A stretch of 64,000 nt of DNA, taken from positions 1-64,000 of IMG/VR virus record IMGVR_UViG_3300044700_000691. The stretch is one strand, 5' to 3'. The position numbers and the translations under genes were made by a program. Positions 1 through 8,075 of this stretch are shown in pieces (the stretch's first letter is position 1; the number at the start of each line of letters is the position of its first letter). The notes beneath the pieces were generated by a model that searched no databases, was not told where the DNA came from, and saw nothing but the letters and a program-made list of their open reading frames with translations.

Positions 1-20
1 GTTACTTGATTTTCTTGCAT
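1..20 (-). CDS. 5' end of a gene running off the left edge (MQENQV...)
   Basis: ATG at 20, about 28 nt downstream of an early promoter box (48-56), same geometry as the other cassettes. Confidence 0.5.
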
Positions 21-47
21 ATTGTATATAGTTTAATTGATTATAAA

Positions 48-66
48 GTAAATATAAGTATTTTAT
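48..66 (-). promoter_or_regulatory. early promoter cassette, partial copy
   Basis: minus strand TATATTTAC box. Confidence 0.6.
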
Positions 67-314
67 TGATAAAATTGTATTTCGTCCACTATAAAAAAAT
101 GCTCCAAAATTAATACGTTTCTCAGATTGTTGAATTCCACAAAATCATCAAGATCATCAACATCCCATCCATCGGCCTCTCCTATTTCAGAAAAGAGTTT
201 TAATGACTTACTGATAATATCACCATATGACTCGGGAGACCAGGTATTTCCTATACATTCAACGACTTTTAACAGTCCAACCTCGTTGCTTTCGTTTTTT
301 ATTTGAAAAATCAT
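63..314 (-). CDS. hypothetical early protein, acidic, 83 aa
   Basis: ORF directly downstream of cassette 340-406. Confidence 0.75.
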   Translation of the reverse strand: MIFQIKNESNEVGLLKVVECIGNTWSPESYGDIISKSLKLFSEIGEADGWDVDDLDDFVEFNNLRNVLILEHFFIVDEIQFYQ

Positions 315-339
315 CTTTATTTGTTTTAATTAGTTATAA

Positions 340-406
340 GTAAATATAATACTTTTATTTGACAGTAAAAAACTTTTTGTTACTTATTTTCAAAAAGTTA
401 TTAACA
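340..406 (-). promoter_or_regulatory. early promoter cassette, full copy
   Basis: minus strand TGTTAATAAC-TTTTTGAAAATAAGT...TTTTTACTGTCAAATAAAAGTAT-TATATTTAC; resembles the Bacteroidota -33/-7 (TTTG/TAnnTTTG) promoter. Confidence 0.8.
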
Positions 407-423
407 CTGTAACTAAGTATAAC

Positions 424-936
424 CTATACCCCGATTGGGGTAAAGGTGTCGAAAAAGTCTACTGATGTCATTGCGGCTTTTACTCTCTCCAAACAAACAG
501 GTCCCATTGCAGTATTGATACTTTCTGGATGGGTTAATGGCAAGCCACATTTGCAGCAGGTCCCATTATGAAATAGACCTACTCGGGTTCCCAAAATTGT
601 AGGGTCCTTAATAGCAGCTACCACCCAGCCTAGAGCCTGTGCCAGTCGCGAGCTTGGTGTAACTCCTTTGCCCAATACATAGGTTAAGGGCTCGGCAAAT
701 AGGGTACCTGCAAACTGATGACCGCTACGCCCGTCCGCCAATAGAGAGATATTGACGTAGTAAATAGGCAGCATCTTTTTGCGATCCTCCTTGTCACGTA
801 ACTGCTTGATACGCACGTTCATGTGGGTAAGTTGTTCATTATTGCGGAAGGTGATGTTGGCTCTACCTGCAAGCGCCAAGGTTGGTAGTGACTTTGGATT
901 AAGGTTTGGCCGAGCTGCTCTGATTTGATTTGTCAT
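424..936 (-). CDS. DUF6011-like zinc-ribbon protein
   Basis: C-terminal CCKCGLPLTHPESINTAMGPVC motif. Confidence 0.7.
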   Translation of the reverse strand: MTNQIRAARPNLNPKSLPTLALAGRANITFRNNEQLTHMNVRIKQLRDKEDRKKMLPIYYVNISLLADGRSGHQFAGTLFAEPLTYVLGKGVTPSSRLAQALGWVVAAIKDPTILGTRVGLFHNGTCCKCGLPLTHPESINTAMGPVCLERVKAAMTSVDFFDTFTPIGV

Positions 937-959
937 ATGTAGTTAAGTTAATTGGTTAA

Positions 960-1026
960 GTAAATATAAGCAATTAGTTTGACAATAAAAAACTTTTATA
1001 CACTTATTTTCAAAAAGTTATTAACA
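960..1026 (-). promoter_or_regulatory. early promoter cassette, full copy
   Basis: near-identical to 340-406. Confidence 0.8.
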
Positions 1027-1118
1027 ATTTTCCTGTAATCCTAGCCAAATATAGAGGTAGGTCGGAGTATACCTCCCGCTTCCTTGTTCAGAACCGTCCC
1101 GTCTTATTGATTGATTGA
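1027..1118 (-). ncRNA. candidate small RNA or empty cassette (promoter with no ORF)
   Basis: full cassette at 1123-1190 points into about 90 nt of GC-richer sequence with only tiny ORFs and a GGAG/CTCC or GAGGTA/TACCTC hairpin. Confidence 0.3.
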
Positions 1119-1122
1119 CATA

Positions 1123-1190
1123 GTAAATATAAACAAAAAACCCCAAACTAAAAAATCTGGGGTCAATTATTTTTCAAAAAGTTATTAACA
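1123..1190 (-). promoter_or_regulatory. early promoter cassette with embedded terminator hairpin
   Basis: TATATTTAC and TGTTAATAAC boxes; minus strand stem CCCCAGA/TTTGGGG followed by T6. Confidence 0.75.
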
Positions 1191-1216
1191 AAAAAAGGGA
1201 GAACTTTCGCTCTCCC
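1191..1216 (-). terminator. intrinsic terminator
   Basis: minus strand GGGAGAGC-GAAA-GTTCTCCC followed by a T run. Confidence 0.75.
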
Positions 1217-1239
1217 AATTCTATCAATTAACTACTAAA

Positions 1240-1656
1240 CTAAAACTCACTTCGTAATACATCGAGTCTGGATTTTTCGTCGACGGTTAGTCCACTTAAA
1301 CCTTTAACTGAAATCAATTCCAATAAGTCATCCATTGTTAAGTGTGATGTGGAACTTGTTGGTGATGAGGTTTCACCTAAACCAAAAACTGATTTACGAA
1401 TTTTTTCTGGAAGATTAATATCGAAATCTTCTAAGGTCGTAACCATAAATGGAACTTCATTTAACTCACTATCGTTTTTAAAACGATCCCGAATTTGAGT
1501 TGGTGTCAACTCACTTTTAAAAACTGAGATAATAATTCCAGGAAGTGGAAGAATTTTTGCGTCAGTTTTGTTTAAAATAATTTCAGACATTAATACTTCT
1601 GAAACTCTTGGGTCTGGTCCCATTCCGAAACGGGCGAACACGATTTGATTTGACAT
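1240..1656 (-). CDS. hypothetical protein with DUF6576-like C-terminal motif
   Basis: MDDLLELISVKGLSGLTVDEKSRL resembles the Bacteroidota DxILDKIxxxGxxSLTxxEK motif. Confidence 0.6.
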   Translation of the reverse strand: MSNQIVFARFGMGPDPRVSEVLMSEIILNKTDAKILPLPGIIISVFKSELTPTQIRDRFKNDSELNEVPFMVTTLEDFDINLPEKIRKSVFGLGETSSPTSSTSHLTMDDLLELISVKGLSGLTVDEKSRLDVLRSEF

Positions 1657-1681
1657 ATGTTATTTTTTAATTGGTTATAGA

Positions 1682-1748
1682 GTAAATATAATACTTTTAT
1701 TTGACAGTAAAAAACTTTTTATTAATTATTTTCATAAAGTTATTAACA
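1682..1748 (-). promoter_or_regulatory. early promoter cassette, full copy
   Basis: repeat match. Confidence 0.8.
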
Positions 1749-1760
1749 ATTTGGGAGAGA

Positions 1761-1979
1761 CTAATCTTCTCTCTCCCATTCTTCAATGATCTCCGCACCA
1801 TAAAGTTCGCCACGACTTCCAAATCCAAATGTTCCTTCAAGAGTTGGACGACATAGGATTACTTTGAAGTTATATTCGTCTTCTTTGCAACACTCATTAA
1901 ACTCCGCTTGGGCTTTGTCTAGGTTTTCAGTTAAGAAATAGGAATCACCATCGTGATTAAGATTAATAATTACATACAT
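1761..1979 (-). CDS. hypothetical early protein, 72 aa
   Basis: ORF downstream of a cassette. Confidence 0.75.
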   Translation of the reverse strand: MYVIINLNHDGDSYFLTENLDKAQAEFNECCKEDEYNFKVILCRPTLEGTFGFGSRGELYGAEIIEEWERED

Positions 1980-2009
1980 ACATTTAAGGGTTTAGTTGAT
2001 TAATATAAA

Positions 2010-2066
2010 GCTAATATAATAAAAATAATTGACAGTAAAAAATATTTGAGCACGTATTTTCAAAAA
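2010..2066 (-). promoter_or_regulatory. early promoter cassette (TATATTAGC variant)
   Basis: repeat match, lacks the TGTTAATAA box. Confidence 0.7.
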
Positions 2067-2067
2067 A

Positions 2068-2223
2068 TTATGGGACTATAAAATCCCATAGCTCTTCGCC
2101 CGTAGGCTTGCCATCTCGCAGGATCTCGTAATTTGGATCCATGCCGCTGGACATGACATCATCGATAAGTTCTTGTAGAGTTGAGAATTCTTTCTTGTAG
2201 TAGCTGCAATCTAGTGTCCACAT
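2068..2223 (-). CDS. small hypothetical protein, 51 aa (MWTLDCSYYKKEF...WDFIVP), not in the ORF track
   Basis: translated by hand; sits directly behind cassette 2250-2317. Confidence 0.75.
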   Translation of the reverse strand: MWTLDCSYYKKEFSTLQELIDDVMSSGMDPNYEILRDGKPTGEELWDFIVP

Positions 2224-2249
2224 ATCTTCTTTAGTTAATTGGTTATAGA

Positions 2250-2317
2250 GCTAATATAATAAAAAATCCTCAAAGAAAAAAATCTTTGAGGACTTATTTT
2301 AAGAAAAGTTATTAACA
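2250..2317 (-). promoter_or_regulatory. early promoter cassette with embedded terminator hairpin
   Basis: stem TCCTCAAAG/CTTTGAGGA plus T6 on the minus strand, between the two boxes. Confidence 0.75.
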
Positions 2318-2321
2318 ATTC

Positions 2322-2549
2322 TTATAGTTCCATAACCAACTGGGCTAGCGTGCTAGCAAGCCAGTCTTGAATCTCCTTAAAAGCAGAGTCTGCTTCTTCT
2401 TGAGTGCCAAACGAAATGGTCTTAATTTGACGAGTAGTTTCCGGAAATGTAATACGGATTACCGCATTATTCAATTGGATTTCTTCGCCACCACCTAGGC
2501 AATATATTACCTTTGTGTCTTCTCTGTGTAGTACTAGTGTCTTTACCAT
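2322..2549 (-). CDS. hypothetical protein, 75 aa
   Basis: ORF translationally coupled to the upstream gene. Confidence 0.7.
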   Translation of the reverse strand: MVKTLVLHREDTKVIYCLGGGEEIQLNNAVIRITFPETTRQIKTISFGTQEEADSAFKEIQDWLASTLAQLVMEL

Positions 2550-2908
2550 TACTTAGTTGTGTTAGTTGTATTGGACTTAGGTGTAGTCTTTGCAGCTGGC
2601 TTGCCAGCCTTCTGCGCAGGTTTTGTAGAGGGCTTAGACGTCTTTGCAGTTGTCTTAGTTGTCTCTTTAGCAGGCTTCGTTGAATCTTTCTTACGAGAGT
2701 TCTTCTCAGCTTTAGTAGGGGCAGGCTTTACAGTTTCTTCGGCTACGATTGGATAAGGTTTTTTAACCTCTTCAACTTTTGCTTTAGGAATCTCATTAAC
2801 AACAGTTGACCATTTCTCGAATGAATCTACTACTTGCTTGTCCTTAACTACTTCTTGTTCTGCTTTACCTAACAATCCTTTAAACCAGTTTGCGATCGCT
2901 TTAAACAT
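2549..2908 (-). CDS. protein with Lys/Thr/Ala/Pro-rich basic tail (possible DNA binding)
   Basis: low-complexity KPAKETTKTTAKTSKP tail. Confidence 0.7.
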   Translation of the reverse strand: MFKAIANWFKGLLGKAEQEVVKDKQVVDSFEKWSTVVNEIPKAKVEEVKKPYPIVAEETVKPAPTKAEKNSRKKDSTKPAKETTKTTAKTSKPSTKPAQKAGKPAAKTTPKSNTTNTTK

Positions 2909-2972
2909 GAATATAAGTATTATTTTGATATCTTTTATTAGAATAAGCCAAAAGGTTTTAATACTAACCCAG

Positions 2973-3000
2973 AACAGGAGGTCGCTGGGACACTCCTGTT
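2973..3000. other. intergenic hairpin without U-tract
   Basis: AACAGGAG-GTC...GAC-A-CTCCTGTT inverted repeat upstream of 2549..2908. Confidence 0.45.
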
Positions 3001-3032
3001 GGATTATATTTCTTGATATAATAGAAACTATA

Positions 3033-3335
3033 TTACTGTGCTAAGAGTGCTGTCAACTCAATGAGAGCTTGCTCTGTAACAATATGGTTGTAACCACCAA
3101 TATGCCATTCAATCATTTCGTCTTTCCCAATTGGTCTATACTCTTTCCAATCATAAATTGTAAATATCTGTCCGTCTTCCAACTCGCACCTCCAGTCGAA
3201 GTTTACTTTATCCTCGCCAGTATTATCGCTATGCTGGGGCTCACCAATTGCTTGGGCTAATTGGTTATAAGAACATGTAATTACAGTGTCGTGGAACGAG
3301 GTTCCTGATCCAGGGTTAAAGCTTAGTTTTGCCAT
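3033..3335 (-). CDS. hypothetical phage protein, 100 aa
   Basis: ORF in leftward operon. Confidence 0.8.
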   Translation of the reverse strand: MAKLSFNPGSGTSFHDTVITCSYNQLAQAIGEPQHSDNTGEDKVNFDWRCELEDGQIFTIYDWKEYRPIGKDEMIEWHIGGYNHIVTEQALIELTALLAQ

Positions 3336-3356
3336 AGTTATATTTGATTTAATTGA

Positions 3357-3596
3357 TTACTTTAATTTCTTATACCATTCTAATATACCCACCATTTTTT
3401 GAATCTTTAGCTCTAGACCAAAGTTGCTTCCAACGAGACGACCTACTTTCATAGGATAATATCCCATCCCGTCTTTACCAGTTTCGTCCTTATCGATTTC
3501 TTTAATGGAGTTAGAGTGTTCCTCTAATTGAGTAATAAAGGAATCTATATCCTTCATTAATTCGTCATAGGCTCTCGCCTTTTCGTGTATCTTCAT
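3357..3596 (-). CDS. hypothetical protein, 79 aa
   Basis: ORF in operon. Confidence 0.75.
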   Translation of the reverse strand: MKIHEKARAYDELMKDIDSFITQLEEHSNSIKEIDKDETGKDGMGYYPMKVGRLVGSNFGLELKIQKMVGILEWYKKLK

Positions 3597-3602
3597 ATCT
3601 TT

Positions 3603-3914
3603 TTATTTTAATAGTTTAGTTGGTATTCCTACATTATAGACTAAGTTTGCAAAGAATTTTAATCCTTTGTATGTTGTATAATCTGCGCGACCAATCGCAC
3701 CCATAAGATCGTTAGCAACAAAGCTCTGTACAAAGCTTCCACCTTCATATCCTACCTTCCACTTAGTGCAGAGAATCGAGGTTCCTATATCAATAATATG
3801 AACTCTTTCACTTTCCGATAGGTCGACGAGTTCTGTCCATTGAGCATTATTATCAAGGTATATTTCTACCTCTGCCCTTACGATGTTAATCTGTTCTTCT
3901 CTTGTCATTTTCAT
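3603..3914 (-). CDS. hypothetical protein, 103 aa
   Basis: ORF in operon. Confidence 0.75.
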   Translation of the reverse strand: MKMTREEQINIVRAEVEIYLDNNAQWTELVDLSESERVHIIDIGTSILCTKWKVGYEGGSFVQSFVANDLMGAIGRADYTTYKGLKFFANLVYNVGIPTKLLK

Positions 3915-3930
3915 ATTGATTTGTTTATTA

Positions 3931-4212
3931 TTAAATTGCCTCAGTCAAACTAAGTGGAGCGATTATAATGCCTAATTTACCAGCTTCTTTTAAATGTATT
4001 TTGGTGCGGTTGATTTTAACAACTTCGAACGTTTTACCCGCAGCTTTAGGATGGTTAACTCTAACCGACATCCCAATTATTAAAGAACGTTTTACCATAC
4101 GCGCTTCTTGTCTGCGACGTAATTTAATAATGTCAATAAGATCTGCATTTAACTTTGAAAGGTCAGCAGTAGAAAGGGTGTTGATTTGAGAAAGGATTTG
4201 TGAGTAGTTCAT
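3931..4212 (-). CDS. hypothetical basic protein, 93 aa (SH3-like C-terminal half possible)
   Basis: first gene behind cassette 4239-4306. Confidence 0.75.
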   Translation of the reverse strand: MNYSQILSQINTLSTADLSKLNADLIDIIKLRRRQEARMVKRSLIIGMSVRVNHPKAAGKTFEVVKINRTKIHLKEAGKLGIIIAPLSLTEAI

Positions 4213-4238
4213 ATTATATCTTTGTTAGTTTGTTATAT

Positions 4239-4306
4239 GTAAATATAATAAAAAAACCTGAATTAAAAAAATCCAGGTTCATTTATTTTTAAAAAAGTTA
4301 TTAACA
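4239..4306 (-). promoter_or_regulatory. early promoter cassette with embedded terminator hairpin
   Basis: stem AACCTGGA/TTCAGGTT plus T run on the minus strand. Confidence 0.75.
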
Positions 4307-4308
4307 TT

Positions 4309-4452
4309 TTATTCTTCAGGTTTTCCATCTGGTCCCCATCTCTCTTTTTGTTCTTCTTCAAGATTATCAAGTTCTTTATCAAGATCCTTTAACCATTGGT
4401 CTAGCTCTTGTTGCGCAGCTGAGTCTGCCCCTTCTTTTTCTTTTGGATCCAT
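4309..4452 (-). CDS. small acidic protein, 47 aa (MDPKEKEGADS...), not in the ORF track
   Basis: hand translation; fills an operon gap. Confidence 0.6.
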   Translation of the reverse strand: MDPKEKEGADSAAQQELDQWLKDLDKELDNLEEEQKERWGPDGKPEE

Positions 4453-4461
4453 ACATCGAGA

Positions 4462-4626
4462 TTATTTTTTGCTTACTGCCCATATTTGTAAGAATGCCTT
4501 TAGCGGCAGATTCTTACGGTTTGCGAAGTGTTTAGCGGCGGCCAATCTGCCAGTTGTAAAAACTTTATCAACAGCCTCGGTTGATTTATCTAGTTTTGAG
4601 TAATAGTAATAGGTTCCTACTGACAT
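4462..4626 (-). CDS. small basic protein, 54 aa (MSVGTYYYYSK...), not in the ORF track
   Basis: hand translation; fills an operon gap. Confidence 0.65.
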   Translation of the reverse strand: MSVGTYYYYSKLDKSTEAVDKVFTTGRLAAAKHFANRKNLPLKAFLQIWAVSKK

Positions 4627-4663
4627 GATTCCTGGTTATATTATAGTATTATCTATTATTGTA

Positions 4664-4975
4664 CTATCGATTCGACTGCCGGGTTTCGCCTGTGCGACGA
4701 TTATATGCAAACTTTTCTCTTAGGCCAAGGTCTTCGTAAAGTAATATACCATTATTAAAAGAGAGAGGTTCTTGATTGGGTAATCCTAATCTATACATAC
4801 CTCTATTCTCGCCGGTTGCAGTAAAGAAATTAACCTCGCCTGTTTGAGACATGCAGCAGACCTCTTCTGAATCCCAACCTATAAGTTCATAGTTACCTAA
4901 TACAAACTGGGTTCGGGTCCCGTTGTCGTGCACCACGCTTGCAATACTACCCTGTTCTTCGACATAACTTATCAT
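4664..4975 (-). CDS. hypothetical protein, 103 aa
   Basis: ORF with 4-nt overlap with the upstream gene. Confidence 0.75.
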   Translation of the reverse strand: MISYVEEQGSIASVVHDNGTRTQFVLGNYELIGWDSEEVCCMSQTGEVNFFTATGENRGMYRLGLPNQEPLSFNNGILLYEDLGLREKFAYNRRTGETRQSNR

Positions 4976-5373
4976 AGTTTTCCTCCTTTTAATTGTTTAG
5001 TAAAGTCTTCTGGCTTTATGAATCCATCTTGAAGCATGTCTTCGTAGGCTGCGCCTTTTGCAGACTGCTTGTACATTACCTCGCCTGATTCGCTAAGCGC
5101 TGCATCAATTAATCCAGCGTCTACCATTTCAGAAATAGTATTTCTTATTTGGGCTTTCGCTGCAGAGTCTATCACTGCACTGACCTGCTCTTCAGTCAAG
5201 TTAGGATTTACAAAAGGAACTATATCATCCTTCATATTTTCCAGTGCAGCATTAGTTATATCAAGTAAAAGAGTTTCTTGATCTAGATCCCCTGCCTTAT
5301 CATTCTCTATAATTACTTCTGTTACTTCTAGCGCATAGCCTTTAGCTATCCATTGTTTAATTTGATCTGACAT
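4972..5373 (-). CDS. hypothetical acidic protein, 133 aa
   Basis: ORF downstream of the sigma gene. Confidence 0.75.
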   Translation of the reverse strand: MSDQIKQWIAKGYALEVTEVIIENDKAGDLDQETLLLDITNAALENMKDDIVPFVNPNLTEEQVSAVIDSAAKAQIRNTISEMVDAGLIDAALSESGEVMYKQSAKGAAYEDMLQDGFIKPEDFTKQLKGGKL

Positions 5374-5389
5374 TTTCTTTAGGATTTAA

Positions 5390-6106
5390 TTAGTTAAAAG
5401 TTTTACGTAATTTGTGACGAGCTAATCGAAGAGTTTGATTTACTTTAGAAACTTCCATTCCTAATTCATCAGCAGTTTCTTTAGCAGAGCGAGCTTCGCC
5501 TCTGTCGATTCCATAGAAAGTCTCGATTACCTTGCGATCATGGTCATTTAATTTGCTTAACACTGCGGCAACTTGTTGCTCAACGCTTTGTTCTTCAAAT
5601 GGATCCACGAATTCTGCACGAAGAATAAGATCGCCTAAGGTATTAGAACCATCTTCGCCGATTGGCTTGTCTAATCTAATATTAGTTAAGTTGATATCTT
5701 CGCCAGCCATTTTGCGCTTGTAGATATCGTATTCCTGATTCATAGGTAATCGTACAGTACGACCATACTCGCCTAGTGCAGTATTTAACTTCTTACGAAT
5801 CCAGAACTGTGCATAGGTAATAAACTTAACATCTTTTTCTGGAGTAAAACGCTTTGCAGCTTCGATAAGACCGCAGTTAGCTTCCATAATAAGATCGTCG
5901 ACAGGCAAGCCTAGTCCAATAAACTTATTCGCTAAGCTGACAGCGAACTTAAGGTTAGCATTTACTAGGGAGTGCATTGCAGCCTCGTCGCCGGCCTGAA
6001 TCCGGATAGCTAATTCTTTTTCCGCAGCCTTGCTTAAAGGCTTCGCCAGTTTGTCAATACTTTTAAAGTATGCTGGTAAGTTGGTTGATGCTTCAAATTT
6101 TGCCAT
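5390..6106 (-). CDS. RNA polymerase sigma-70 family factor (RpoD/RpoS-like, no region 1.1)
   Basis: region 1.2 (YFKSIDK..LSKAAEKELA), region 2 (LVNANLKFAVSLA, DDLIMEANCGLIEAAKRF, KFITYAQFWIR) and region 4 HTH. Confidence 0.92.
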   Translation of the reverse strand: MAKFEASTNLPAYFKSIDKLAKPLSKAAEKELAIRIQAGDEAAMHSLVNANLKFAVSLANKFIGLGLPVDDLIMEANCGLIEAAKRFTPEKDVKFITYAQFWIRKKLNTALGEYGRTVRLPMNQEYDIYKRKMAGEDINLTNIRLDKPIGEDGSNTLGDLILRAEFVDPFEEQSVEQQVAAVLSKLNDHDRKVIETFYGIDRGEARSAKETADELGMEVSKVNQTLRLARHKLRKTFN

Positions 6107-6137
6107 AGTTATTTTTTTAGATTGATTGATTTATAAT

Positions 6138-6194
6138 TTAAATATAATACTTTTATTTGACATAGTACAATGTTTTTTAATAAAGTTATTAACA
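6138..6194 (-). promoter_or_regulatory. early promoter cassette driving the sigma gene
   Basis: TATATTTAA box; TGTTAATAAC about 10 bp closer than in most copies. Confidence 0.75.
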
Positions 6195-6225
6195 TTGTCT
6201 ACTAGGGAGTGGCCCTAGCCGGGGT

Positions 6226-6618
6226 CTAGCCAAAGATTATATCTTCAAAGAACACGCTTTGTAGTACAACATCCGCAGTGCATGCATCGTCGTTTTCGTT
6301 TATCATATCTAGGAGATGGCTGGCTGGGGTCAAGGCCACGCGTTCATGTACATCCGCTAGGGTTACAGATCTAGTGTATTCGCCTTCACAGCCAATATCT
6401 ACTAGGGTAATCTTGTTACCATCACGTAAGATCTGCATTAAGACATCTTCAAAACAAGGGCTAGCACCGCCTGCTTTTAGTTTTGCAGCTGCGGTTTGGT
6501 ATTCCTTGTCGTCGAAATCCAGTTCTAAATCATAACCGCTAGTTACGTAGCCTAAGCCGTTACACATTGCGTTAAAGAATATTTCTTCCGCTTCATTTTT
6601 TTCTAAGAGTATTTTCAT
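6226..6618 (-). CDS. hypothetical protein, 130 aa
   Basis: ORF behind a cassette. Confidence 0.8.
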   Translation of the reverse strand: MKILLEKNEAEEIFFNAMCNGLGYVTSGYDLELDFDDKEYQTAAAKLKAGGASPCFEDVLMQILRDGNKITLVDIGCEGEYTRSVTLADVHERVALTPASHLLDMINENDDACTADVVLQSVFFEDIIFG

Positions 6619-6636
6619 GTTTGTTTATTTTATAAA

Positions 6637-6692
6637 GTAAATATAACTAAAATTATTGACAGTAAAAAATCTTTTTTCAAAAGTTATTAATA
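6637..6692 (-). promoter_or_regulatory. early promoter cassette
   Basis: repeat match. Confidence 0.75.
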
Positions 6693-6693
6693 A

Positions 6694-6900
6694 TTAGTCT
6701 TGTTCTAATATCTCAGTTACTTCAAATGTAACCATGTCAAAGGTTTCATCAATTGTTTCTTTATCATAGCCGGACTCTACTAAATGTTCGCGCGTACACT
6801 TCTCAGCATCGTCCGTTGTTTCGGCACGGATGTGGAAGATAATTGGACTTTCAAAATTTCCATCAAAGTCTGTAACTGATGTACAAAATAATCTTTTCAT
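6694..6900 (-). CDS. hypothetical acidic protein, 68 aa
   Basis: ORF behind a cassette. Confidence 0.75.
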   Translation of the reverse strand: MKRLFCTSVTDFDGNFESPIIFHIRAETTDDAEKCTREHLVESGYDKETIDETFDMVTFEVTEILEQD

Positions 6901-6926
6901 AATCTATAGGGTTTAATTGGTTATAA

Positions 6927-6994
6927 GTAAATATAATACTTTTATTTGACAGTAAAAAACTTTTAGGCACTTATTTTCCTAAAAGTTATTAACA
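6927..6994 (-). promoter_or_regulatory. early promoter cassette, full copy
   Basis: repeat match. Confidence 0.8.
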
Positions 6995-6996
6995 AT

Positions 6997-7176
6997 TTAC
7001 AGGATCTGCATCCCTACGTTTAATAATTCGTTTTTTAGGTTTCCATGCATTTTTTCAGTGCCACTAATTGAGAGAATTATCGTTGGCCCCTGTAGGGAAA
7101 CTATGTAATCCTGTTGGGTAAATCCATAAAGCTTTAGGAAAGCCTCTGCCTTTTCAATAATTTGCTTCTTTTTCAT
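6997..7176 (-). CDS. hypothetical protein, 59 aa (start moved to MKKKQII)
   Basis: track start 7212 lies inside the promoter; ATG at 7176 has the usual leader. Confidence 0.7.
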   Translation of the reverse strand: MKKKQIIEKAEAFLKLYGFTQQDYIVSLQGPTIILSISGTEKMHGNLKNELLNVGMQIL

Positions 7177-7198
7177 GTTATTAGGTTTTAAGTTATAA

Positions 7199-7235
7199 GT
7201 AAATATAACCAATTAAGTTGACACTAAAAAACTTT
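7199..7235 (-). promoter_or_regulatory. early promoter cassette, short copy
   Basis: TTTTTAGTGTCAA...TATATTTAC. Confidence 0.7.
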
Positions 7236-7238
7236 GTA

Positions 7239-7427
7239 TCACTTTTTTTCTTTCATTAAATAAATCGAAAGGAATGGGGTGCCAAAGATTATAACATAAA
7301 AACAAATAGCAACTAGGATTGGCGACGAGGGTTTGGCTGGAATTTCCATTGGACCATCAGTTGCGCACATAAGAATAAAGACTAATAACCAGCTAAAGAA
7401 TAAAAGGGTTCCGATAAATTGTTTCAT
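7239..7427 (-). CDS. small two-TM membrane protein
   Basis: two hydrophobic segments. Confidence 0.7.
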   Translation of the reverse strand: MKQFIGTLLFFSWLLVFILMCATDGPMEIPAKPSSPILVAICFYVIIFGTPFLSIYLMKEKK

Positions 7428-7455
7428 AGTAAAAGGTTTAATTATTAATTGATAT

Positions 7456-7495
7456 GTAAATATAACTAAAATACTTGAAAGTAAAAAATTTATTT
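7456..7495 (-). promoter_or_regulatory. early promoter cassette, short copy
   Basis: repeat match. Confidence 0.65.
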
Positions 7496-7569
7496 TAGGG
7501 AATCTTTCCTAAAAGAAAAAGGCCCTATTACTAGGACCCTCTCTCATTATTAACCAATCAATCAAACTA

Positions 7570-7959
7570 TTATTTCTTCTCTCTACTAATAACTATCTTA
7601 CCAACTTTAGAATCTCTTTTGGCAATAGCGACATCAACAGTTAGGATTCCGTCGATAAGCTTGGCTGTAATAGATTCTCTACGGCTAGGCAGACCAAACT
7701 GGAATTCCTGCGCAGGAATCCAACTGGCTTTCTTAGCCTTAACAACTAGATAATCATTAACAATATCGATATCAATTTCTTCTTCAGTACGGCCAGCAAT
7801 AATCATTCGATACTGTGCAAGTTCGTCTGTAATTTTGACATCATAGTTGTCTGACTGATGTGTAGTTGACATTAGTGTAGACCACATTGGGTCGCGTAAT
7901 CCTTTTAGGATTTCTTGAGTTAGGCTCGGTTCTCCCGAGAAAAAAGTACGTAATAACAT
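7570..7959 (-). CDS. small heat-shock protein (Hsp20/alpha-crystallin)
   Basis: AGRTEEEIDIDIVNDYLVVK, ITAKLIDGILTVDV and a C-terminal IxI. Confidence 0.8.
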   Translation of the reverse strand: MLLRTFFSGEPSLTQEILKGLRDPMWSTLMSTTHQSDNYDVKITDELAQYRMIIAGRTEEEIDIDIVNDYLVVKAKKASWIPAQEFQFGLPSRRESITAKLIDGILTVDVAIAKRDSKVGKIVISREKK

Positions 7960-7988
7960 GTTACATATAATTATTTTAATATTAATAG

Positions 7989-8062
7989 ATCAAATTTGGT
8001 GCCAAATACTATTTTATGACAAAGTGTCCTACCAACTCAAGGTCAATAGGACAATGTGTCAT
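7989..8062 (-). promoter_or_regulatory. sigma54-like promoter with paired upstream palindromic sites
   Basis: minus strand TGGCAC-N5-TTGAT (7989-8004); inverted 16-mers at 8016-8031 and 8047-8062, each containing GACA-N3-TGTC. Confidence 0.5.
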
Positions 8063-8075
8063 GTTAAATATAGTA

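Noticed and set aside
1197-1216. TTTCGC loop as another rRNA-complementary element
   Set aside because: On the transcribed minus strand it is a standard C-GAAA-G tetraloop terminator.
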